DNA from: an archaeon
Lineage (GTDB): Archaea > Iainarchaeota > Iainarchaeia > Iainarchaeales > 1-14-0-10-31-34
Reading direction: 5' to 3'
Assembly: GCA_024277355.1 (NCBI GenBank)
Contig: JAJRVL010000001.1
Location: 102,363-134,362 of the forward strand
DNA length: 32,000 nucleotides
Below the pieces are notes generated by a model. It had not been told where the DNA came from. It was given only the letters and a program-made list of their open reading frames with translations, and made no database searches. Numbering within the stretch: the stretch's first letter is position 1; every line of letters starts with the position of its first letter. Below, piece by piece: positions 1 through 8,104 of the stretch. The position numbers and the translations under genes were made by a program.

Positions 1-2
1 AG

Positions 3-302
3 AATTCTGCATCTAATTCATTATTGTGGGGAACTTATGGAATAGGAATTAATGCAGATAATAAAATAATTCAAAAAACAAAAGATTCAGCTAGCTGTTT
101 AGGTTTTCCTTTAGGAATAACTCCAAATTATGCAACTTGTTCTGAAGTAAGCAAAATAGCAATAAGAATTCCATTCAAAGAAACAAACAAAAATTATATT
201 ATTGACAAAACAAACAAACCAGTTTATGTAATTGAATTAATTGACGATAAGTTTACTCCTGATTCTTACACTGATGCATTTCATCAGACAACAAGATTTT
301 AA
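3..302 (+). CDS. C-terminal fragment of a CDS entering from the left edge; ends at TAA 300-302 but the same frame stays open to 443
   Basis: Frame 3 is open from the window start (NSASNSLLWGTYGIGINADNK...TDAFHQTTRF*). The TTG at 24 is an arbitrary ORF-caller start. Cys-containing secreted-type composition. Confidence 0.6.
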   Translation, partial: NSASNSLLWGTYGIGINADNKIIQKTKDSASCLGFPLGITPNYATCSEVSKIAIRIPFKETNKNYIIDKTNKPVYVIELIDDKFTPDSYTDAFHQTTRF

Positions 303-441
303 GTTAATAATTCAACTTGTGGTTTAGGAAGCGAAACTTCAAATTCATGCGATATTGACGAATGGACTTGTGAAAGTTTAGGTCCTTCAGGGGGAATGCC
401 AGGCGGGGGAGATGATTCAGCAGGAGGCTGTAAAGTTCCTT

Positions 442-670
442 AAAAAAAACAGGAAAATAAAAATAAAAAAATAACAGAAAAAAATAATCAATAAAACAAA
501 AATGAAAAAAATAACAAAAGAAAAAAAACAATGAAATAAAAAAAATTACGTAAAAAAAAGAAAAAATTCAAGAAAAAAACGCAAAAAAACAATAAAAAAA
601 GAAAAGAAAAAAAAATTAAATTACAAAAAAAGTTTGGAAGTTAATTCATTAAAAAAACCAATAGAAAACA
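442..670. other. Extremely A-rich intergenic segment
   Basis: Runs of A7-A9 separated by single C/G/T. Hand counts of lines 481-540 and 541-600 give about 75-77% A. No credible ORF. Confidence 0.8.
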
Positions 671-685
671 GCAAAAACGCAAAGA

Positions 686-693
686 TATATAAA
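686..693 (+). promoter_or_regulatory. TATA-box-like element for the giant-gene array
   Basis: TATATAAA about 70 nt upstream of the start codon at 757, with a purine-rich GAGG-type ribosome binding sequence just before the start. Confidence 0.45.
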
Positions 694-756
694 CAAATAA
701 ATACACAAAAAATATAGCTAAATAAAATTAAACATAATTTATTAAAGAGGGCTTAA

Positions 757-3700
757 ATGGGTTTGAAAGAAGTTTATTCTGCAATAGAAACCAAATATTA
801 TAATTTCATGGATGCGATAGACGAAAAAGGAATTCCAGTGTATAAAGCAATTGATTTTGTTGAATCAAAAAGCATTCCTTCTTTTCCTTTAGCAGTTATT
901 TTTTTTGTATTAATTTTATCAGGATTAATTTTAACTTTAAATGGCGGAAGCTTACTGCAGAATACAACTGAATTTGAATTAATGATAACAGATGGAACAA
1001 CAGCAATACAAGGAACAACAATAAGTTATTTTTTAGGAGAAAAACAAATTACAGTTACAACTAATAATCAAGGAAAAGCAGTAATTGAAGTAACTCAAGG
1101 AAAAGAATTTTCAGTTACAGCAGAAAAAAATGGATTTAAAAAAATAACTAAAACTTTTGATGCAAAAGATGAAAAAGCAACACTTGTTTTAATTGCAGAT
1201 ATATTAAAGCCAATTAAAATCCAGTTATTAGGAAAAGGAAACGAATTATTAGAAGAAGAAATAAAAGTTTCTTTTACTTGTTCTGAAAATGACAAATGGA
1301 ATGAAATAGTTTTATTTAACACAGGAACAACAAATTTAGCTGATGTTCCGGCAAACTGCGGAAAAATTTTAGCTGAACCAATAGGGAAAAAATGTTCAGA
1401 CTGTGACTTTGATGCATATGATTCATTAATTAAAATTTATTTAGAAGAAACCACAACAGAAAAAGGAACAATTAATTTTACTGTATTAGATGACAAAGGA
1501 AATTATGCTGAAGCAATACAAGTAATGGTTATTCCCACAGGAAATTTAAAAGAAGAAGATTCATGCTATACTTTTAATGGTTTATGTGAAACAGAAGTCC
1601 CATTTGGAACTTATTATATTAGAGCAACGGATTCAACAGGAAAATTAAGAGATTATGATTCAAGAAAAGATACAATAACTATTACATTAAATTCAAATAA
1701 CCAAAACATTGATTTTGAAGAAATAATTTTAGGACAAGGAGTAATTGGACAAATAAAAATTAAAATTAAAAGTGAAACAGGAAATTTAATTGAAGATGCA
1801 TTAGTCAGATTATTTAAAGATAATTCTGAAATAAACCAGCAAAGAAGCAATACAGAAGGAGAAATAATATTTAATGTTGCAGAACAAATTGATTACACTG
1901 TTTCAGTTACTCATGCAAATTATTTGAATTCAGATGTAAAAACGGTTTCTCCAAAAAATGATTTTTATTCATTTTCATTAAAAGAAGCAACTTCTTCTAA
2001 TAAAAGAAAAATTGAAGTAAACGTAGTAGACGAAAAAAATGAAGCAGTAGAAAACACTAAAGTTTTCTTAAAAGATGCATTAACCGGAAGCATTGTAGGA
2101 CAAGAAAAAGTAACTGGATTAGACGGAAAAGCTTCATTTGAAAGACTTCCAACAGGAAAATATATTTTAAGAGCAGAAAAAAGAGGCTTTGAAGGAAAAG
2201 ATTCAAGAGTAATTGAAGTAAAAGAAAATGAATTAAATGAAGTAACAATAAAATTAGATTTAGGACAGGGAAACCTTGACGTAATAGTTATAGATAAAGA
2301 AAAACAGCCAATTCAGTCAGCAACAATTAAAGTAATAGATTATTTTACAGGAAAAGAAATTTTTGTTGATTCAACTGACACTGAAGGAAAAAAAAGCTTT
2401 AATATCAGAGCAGACAAAAAAGTTTATTTAGAAGTAAATGAAAGTTCTCACTCTAATTATATTAGTGCACCGATTCAGATGTTTAATGGAACAGAAGAAA
2501 AAACAATTTTATTAGAAGATTCAATTAATTCTTTTGCAATTAAATTAGAAGAATTAAGTTTAGAAGGACAGGAAGTAGAAAACATTACTGTTTCAGAAGG
2601 AAGAACTTATAAAGCTAAATTCAAATTAATGATTCCAACAAATGTTTTTTCAAATAATGCAGGAGTTCATATCAGGACTGGCGCAGACACAAAAAACCAG
2701 AATAATACAATGGAAAAAGATGATTTATACATCAAAAAAGTTATTGCTTCAAATGCAAAAATAATTAAAGGAACAGCATTTAATCCAAATACAGGTTATG
2801 CAATTGACTCAAAGCATTTAACTTCAGGAAATGCAAAATGGACAAACATAATATTTAATTCAGTTAAAGAAGGAACCTATGAAGTTGAAATAGTAATTCA
2901 GGTAAGAGAAACCTTAAACGGCAGTCCAATGGAATTAGCTTATAGAGCTTGGATTGAAAACAATGGATATCAAAGAGATCCATATGATTCAGAATTACAG
3001 GAAGCAGAAAGTTCAGCATTAAAACAAGCATTATATGCAAAAACAAGACATGAACCATTAAAGATTGGGGCATCAAGTTTATGTGCAGAAAATTTTTGTT
3101 CAAGCTTTACAATAAAAGATTTGCAGAATGCAGTAAGAACAAATATAATTGATTCTTTTCCAGCAGAAATTTCAAGTAATTATGAATTAGAATTTAATAT
3201 AATCAGCACAAGCGAAAAAACTTATTCTAATAGCGAACTAATAATTAAAGGAAAAGGAATTGAATTAAATTCATATGAAATTCAAGGCACACAAAAAAAT
3301 GCTGAAGGAGAAATCATAGTTAAAACAGGATTAATAGAAAAAGGACAAAAAATTTCAGGGACAATAAATTTCACAACAAAAAAAGAAGGAACAAACAGAA
3401 TTGACTTAAGTTTGTTTGGAGAAAGTTCAACTTTAGGAAAAGAAAAAATATTATTTAAGCCTATAAGAGCTGAAGTAAAACATGCAAAAACAATGATTGT
3501 TTCAAATTCTCCTCAGAATTTAGTTCCATTTATTAAAAATAATTTATTAGTAAGAATAACAGATGAAGAAGAAAATGAATTAAGTGAAGTAGAAATAAAA
3601 ATAGAAAAGGACTTTGAATTAATTGCTTCAGGAAAAACTGATTCAAAAGGAATTTTTGCTTTTGGGTTTGAAGCAATGAACCCAGGAACAAAAATAATTA

Positions 3701-6700
3701 TTACTGCAGAAAAATACGGTTTTAATTCAGTTGAAAAAGAAATGAAAATACAGGAAAATATTATTGATGTTTCTCCTCCTGAAATAAATGAAAGCTTTAA
3801 TGCAAAACAAGATTATGCAGTAACAAGAGATATAACTTTAAAGAACACAACTGAAATGCCTTTGACTGTTATTGGAGCAGAATTAACTGATTCATTCAGA
3901 GGAATGATTGAAAGTGAAATTACAGGAACAGGAAAAGAATTAACAATAGGAAATTCAGAAAGCATTTTAATTAAACTTGAAATGACAAACAAAGGAAAAA
4001 ACATTAAAACATTAACTTCTTTAAGCGGAGAAGTTGTTTTGATTTTAGAAAACCTTGAAGCAGGAAAGCAATGGACTGCAAGTGTTCCAGTAAAAATTAC
4101 AATCGGGTTAGGCGGAGAAGTTGATTCAGCTGACTGTTTTAGTTTAAGTCCAAATTCATGGACTGCATTAACAGAAAATAAAACAAAAGAAATCAAATTA
4201 AATTTAGCAAATAATTGTACAGTTAAAGAAGAAAATATTTCATTAAAAGATGTTAAAGCAAAAGTTGTATGGAAAGAAAATGCAATTGGAACATTTGAAT
4301 TAACTTCAGGAATTGACGGAACAAAAACAACAACTTTAACTAATAATTATAAGACATTAAATGAAACATTTAATCCAAATACAGGAGAAGAAGAAAATTT
4401 AACTTTAATTTTTACTCCTGATGAAATTGCTTTAGGTTCAGGCACTGCAACAATTTATTTAGAAGCAGTTAATCCAACCGAAAAAGGAAACCAAAAATTA
4501 ATTCAAAAAATAGAAGTACAAACAGAAATAAGCAAATTAAGTGAATGTTTAAGGATTAGGCCTGCAAGCAATCAAATAAGAATCCAGATGAATTCATATA
4601 ATTATGGTTATGGATCTATGCCAAATTACTTTGGTTATACTCCTCAAAATAATTATTATTACGGCATGAATCCAAATTATTTAAGTTCAGGTAACAGAAA
4701 TTATCCTTTTACAAATTATCCTTATGATCCAAATGCTTCTGCCGGAAGTTTAAGAAATAACCCTAATGTAGTTTTCCCTGATGGCTGGAGAAGCCAGCAG
4801 TATCCTCATAATTATTATAATACAACTTACAGCAATCCAACAGGATTTAATCCAAACTTAAATAATGCCTGGAATACTGGTTCATTAGGCGCTCCAGGAA
4901 AAGCAACAATAGATATAGAAAATTCTTGTGCTTCAACAGTTCAAGTTGAATTAGAAGGAACACCAGAAATAAGTGTTTCCGACAGAACAATAGTATTAGA
5001 AAAAGGAAACCATAAAACAATTGAAATAACTCCAACAATGTTTATTGGACAATATCCTTTAACTATTAGAGCAAAACATAAGAGTTCAACTGACTCAGCT
5101 TTTGAAATAGCAAAATATAATGTTTTAGTTGAATCAGAATTTGAAAGAAATTATTATGACTGCATTAATTTAAGCAAAAGAGTATTTACTTTTAATGATG
5201 TAATACAAAAACCAGTTGAAGGAATGGTTTGGAATACCTGTTATGACACAGGAATAAGATTAAATTATCAGTCAATTCCAAGAAATTTAAGCGGAATAGG
5301 AAACTTTAATTTTCCTTCACCTCAGGACACAGGACAAAAAAGGCTTGGAAGTTCAGGAATGATTAGTTCAATTGAATTAATACAATTAGTTAATAAGCCT
5401 GGAGCAGAAGGAAAAATAATACAGGAATTAAAATTCAGAATGAGAAAAAATTTAGGTTATAGAACAGGAAAAATCCCTCAATTACCAAACCAAAACAATC
5501 CATTAATTGAATTAGCAAATTTAAGAATTAAATTAACAGGAGCATATTATACAATTGAAGCCGAAGAAAGACTTCCAATTACTTTCTTTGACAGAACAGG
5601 AAACACTCAGGTTATTCCATTTGATATTATAATAGAAGATTTATGGGCAGGACTGCCAATAATAGCAGAAGAAATAGAATTTGGAAACCCAAATGCAGCA
5701 CATCAGGAATGCATTGATGAAAGTGCATTGCAGTTTAGCGACTGTATTGCAGATGAATTATTTATTGACGGAGTAAGCAGATATATTGATGCCAGAAAAG
5801 TAATAAGAAAAGGAAAAGAATTTTGCGGCGACTCAGACAGAATTGCAAGATTAATTAATAGCGAGATAAAAGATGATTCAGGAATTACATTGAAATTTGA
5901 AGTAAAAGACGGCGACAAAATACAGGTAATAATAGATAAAACAAAAATGAAATATAATCCAGGAAGAATTGAAGGAAAATTATATGCAAGGCTTTCAAGA
6001 GTAAGTCCATTAGAAACAAAAACCGTTGAAATTCCTTTCTCTATTGAAGTATGTGAATTAGCAGAAAAACAAGAAAAATGTTTTGATAAAATAAAAGACA
6101 AAGAAGAAATAACAAAAGATTTAATTGACGAACAATGTCCTGATTTAAGTGAAGATGAAAAACAAGGAATAATAGATAAAACAAAAGAAACAGAAGAAAT
6201 CCAGTTATGTGAAAATGGGTTTACAGGAGAAACAGCATTCAAAGAATATGGTTTAGATAAAATCAAATTAAACTGGGAATGGAATTCAATTGAAGAAAAT
6301 GAATGTGACGCAGAAAACAATAATTCAATTTATTGTGATGCAGTACAATTTGCAATTGAATTAAATAAAAAAGCAAAAAACATCCGCAATTTAGGAGTTA
6401 TTGCAGGAGACTGTACTGGTTATTGTGAACAAACAGATTCATTGAATTTATTCAGGTTTATAATAGCTAAAACAAAAGTAAAAGATGATATTACAAAAGA
6501 ACTGCAATACTTTTTCCTTGATTCAAGTAATTCAATTATTGCAGGAAAAAAGTTTGATGGAACAGAATTCAAAACAGAAATTAATACAATAAAAGAAGCA
6601 TTAGAAACAGATTTAACTAATTCAAAAGCAAAAACAATAACTCAAGTAGTTAACACAATAATTGACGCAGTTAAAACTGATTCAGCAATTGATGAAACAG

Positions 6701-8088
6701 CAATAATAGGAGAAATTAAATTAGGAAACATGCTTCCAGGAAAACTTGAAGCAATCGGCGCAGAAAGAATAATATCAACAAAATATGTTATGACTTTTAA
6801 TGAATACAAAGCTTTAAGAGACCAGTTAAAAACATGCACTGACACAAATCCAACCGCAAAAGAATGCGAAATAAACAAAGTAAGCGGATTAACTGGAAAA
6901 ATATTTATTGACAAAGACTTCTTAAAAGAATTACAAAACAACATTGAATTCAAAGTTGGAATTAGAAATACTGCTTCAATTACTTTAACTGAAAGAAATA
7001 CAGTAATAAAACAAGGAAAAGTAACAGCATCAAAATTAGTTGGAACAAGCTTTGAAGACTTTTACAACAAAAACATTGAATTTATTTCTTTACTAAAAGA
7101 AGACGGAATAAGTCCAGAATTTAAAGAAGATTTTACAAAAGAATATGCAACAAAAGAAGTTGATTCAGGATTTAGAGAATGGACTTTTAATAAAACAAAA
7201 TTTGATTCAGGAACATATTTAGTTAAATTTAATTATGACTGGGCTGCTGAAGGAAAAAACACTGAAGTAAAATTAGAACATGATGGAGACTTAAGTTCAG
7301 TTTACAAAAAGAATTATTTATTTAGTGTTCCATTTGACGGAAAAGTCGGAATAACTGATTCCACTAAAAGAAAAGGTTATGGAACAGGATATGGAAACAA
7401 TAAAACAGTTAACAATATTTATTTGAATAAAAATATTTTATTAAAAGACGGAGACGGATTAAACACTGGATTAAATCAGTTTAATAATACAGAAAAAGCA
7501 GAAGAATTCAAGGATACAAGAAACGGAAAAATACTTTACATGACAAACGGAGAATTAAAGTTTACTCCTTCAAAGCCATTAGGATTAACAGCAGAATTAG
7601 ATTCAGGAAAATCAGGAGTATTTTATGATTTAACTAAAACAGCAAAAGCAATTGGAATAGACCAAGAAACAACATTAAATTATTTATTTAAATGGAATTC
7701 AGTTAAAGATGAAAAACAAGAAGAAAGCAATTTAAAGAAGGCAACTGACTGTCAGGCAACAAGATTTGGAATAATTTTTAATGATGAAGAAATACAGAAA
7801 GTTTTAAGTTTTATTCCGGTTAACTGGGGCTATAAATTTGAAAAATACTGCAATAACGGAATAAAAACAATGACTGGATATGATTTCAGTTATAAAGGAA
7901 TAGTAGAAAAACATGATTTACCAGGAACTGCTTCATTTAGTTCAGATGTAGAAGGCAATATTGAACAAAAAACAAGCATTAAAAAATGGATTGACGATAT
8001 TAAAACTGAAAACATTTGCTTTACAACTAACAACAATGAATTTACATTAGAATGGAATAAAGAAAAATTAATGAAAGAAATGAATTAA
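757..8088 (+). CDS. Giant N-terminally anchored surface protein, paralog 1 (2443 aa)
   Basis: Uninterrupted ORF. MGLKEVYSAIETKYYNFMDA...FPLAVIFFVLILSGLILTL N-terminal cytoplasmic segment plus single TM, then repeated 'N/D-x-G-K' beta modules (for example KIEVNVVDEKNEAVENTKVFLKD...TGLDGKASFERLPTGKYILRAEKRGF). Shares N- and C-terminal architecture with the next two genes. Confidence 0.9.
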   Translation: MGLKEVYSAIETKYYNFMDAIDEKGIPVYKAIDFVESKSIPSFPLAVIFFVLILSGLILTLNGGSLLQNTTEFELMITDGTTAIQGTTISYFLGEKQITVTTNNQGKAVIEVTQGKEFSVTAEKNGFKKITKTFDAKDEKATLVLIADILKPIKIQLLGKGNELLEEEIKVSFTCSENDKWNEIVLFNTGTTNLADVPANCGKILAEPIGKKCSDCDFDAYDSLIKIYLEETTTEKGTINFTVLDDKGNYAEAIQVMVIPTGNLKEEDSCYTFNGLCETEVPFGTYYIRATDSTGKLRDYDSRKDTITITLNSNNQNIDFEEIILGQGVIGQIKIKIKSETGNLIEDALVRLFKDNSEINQQRSNTEGEIIFNVAEQIDYTVSVTHANYLNSDVKTVSPKNDFYSFSLKEATSSNKRKIEVNVVDEKNEAVENTKVFLKDALTGSIVGQEKVTGLDGKASFERLPTGKYILRAEKRGFEGKDSRVIEVKENELNEVTIKLDLGQGNLDVIVIDKEKQPIQSATIKVIDYFTGKEIFVDSTDTEGKKSFNIRADKKVYLEVNESSHSNYISAPIQMFNGTEEKTILLEDSINSFAIKLEELSLEGQEVENITVSEGRTYKAKFKLMIPTNVFSNNAGVHIRTGADTKNQNNTMEKDDLYIKKVIASNAKIIKGTAFNPNTGYAIDSKHLTSGNAKWTNIIFNSVKEGTYEVEIVIQVRETLNGSPMELAYRAWIENNGYQRDPYDSELQEAESSALKQALYAKTRHEPLKIGASSLCAENFCSSFTIKDLQNAVRTNIIDSFPAEISSNYELEFNIISTSEKTYSNSELIIKGKGIELNSYEIQGTQKNAEGEIIVKTGLIEKGQKISGTINFTTKKEGTNRIDLSLFGESSTLGKEKILFKPIRAEVKHAKTMIVSNSPQNLVPFIKNNLLVRITDEEENELSEVEIKIEKDFELIASGKTDSKGIFAFGFEAMNPGTKIIITAEKYGFNSVEKEMKIQENIIDVSPPEINESFNAKQDYAVTRDITLKNTTEMPLTVIGAELTDSFRGMIESEITGTGKELTIGNSESILIKLEMTNKGKNIKTLTSLSGEVVLILENLEAGKQWTASVPVKITIGLGGEVDSADCFSLSPNSWTALTENKTKEIKLNLANNCTVKEENISLKDVKAKVVWKENAIGTFELTSGIDGTKTTTLTNNYKTLNETFNPNTGEEENLTLIFTPDEIALGSGTATIYLEAVNPTEKGNQKLIQKIEVQTEISKLSECLRIRPASNQIRIQMNSYNYGYGSMPNYFGYTPQNNYYYGMNPNYLSSGNRNYPFTNYPYDPNASAGSLRNNPNVVFPDGWRSQQYPHNYYNTTYSNPTGFNPNLNNAWNTGSLGAPGKATIDIENSCASTVQVELEGTPEISVSDRTIVLEKGNHKTIEITPTMFIGQYPLTIRAKHKSSTDSAFEIAKYNVLVESEFERNYYDCINLSKRVFTFNDVIQKPVEGMVWNTCYDTGIRLNYQSIPRNLSGIGNFNFPSPQDTGQKRLGSSGMISSIELIQLVNKPGAEGKIIQELKFRMRKNLGYRTGKIPQLPNQNNPLIELANLRIKLTGAYYTIEAEERLPITFFDRTGNTQVIPFDIIIEDLWAGLPIIAEEIEFGNPNAAHQECIDESALQFSDCIADELFIDGVSRYIDARKVIRKGKEFCGDSDRIARLINSEIKDDSGITLKFEVKDGDKIQVIIDKTKMKYNPGRIEGKLYARLSRVSPLETKTVEIPFSIEVCELAEKQEKCFDKIKDKEEITKDLIDEQCPDLSEDEKQGIIDKTKETEEIQLCENGFTGETAFKEYGLDKIKLNWEWNSIEENECDAENNNSIYCDAVQFAIELNKKAKNIRNLGVIAGDCTGYCEQTDSLNLFRFIIAKTKVKDDITKELQYFFLDSSNSIIAGKKFDGTEFKTEINTIKEALETDLTNSKAKTITQVVNTIIDAVKTDSAIDETAIIGEIKLGNMLPGKLEAIGAERIISTKYVMTFNEYKALRDQLKTCTDTNPTAKECEINKVSGLTGKIFIDKDFLKELQNNIEFKVGIRNTASITLTERNTVIKQGKVTASKLVGTSFEDFYNKNIEFISLLKEDGISPEFKEDFTKEYATKEVDSGFREWTFNKTKFDSGTYLVKFNYDWAAEGKNTEVKLEHDGDLSSVYKKNYLFSVPFDGKVGITDSTKRKGYGTGYGNNKTVNNIYLNKNILLKDGDGLNTGLNQFNNTEKAEEFKDTRNGKILYMTNGELKFTPSKPLGLTAELDSGKSGVFYDLTKTAKAIGIDQETTLNYLFKWNSVKDEKQEESNLKKATDCQATRFGIIFNDEEIQKVLSFIPVNWGYKFEKYCNNGIKTMTGYDFSYKGIVEKHDLPGTASFSSDVEGNIEQKTSIKKWIDDIKTENICFTTNNNEFTLEWNKEKLMKEMN

Positions 8089-8104
8089 GAAAATTGGTGA
8101 ATTA

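Noticed and set aside
304-531. Minus-strand ORF MFFFFCYFFHFCFIDYFFLLFFYFYF...
   Set aside because: Poly-Phe/Tyr/Leu translation is simply the complement of the A-rich spacer.
5703-6320. 205-aa minus-strand ORF opposite paralog 1 (and similar ones at 6642-6953, 14787-15512, 15654-16127, 17295-17750, 18495-18881)
   Set aside because: Ser/Phe/Ile-rich antisense shadow ORFs produced by A-rich codons on the + strand; no recognisable motifs or coherent start context.
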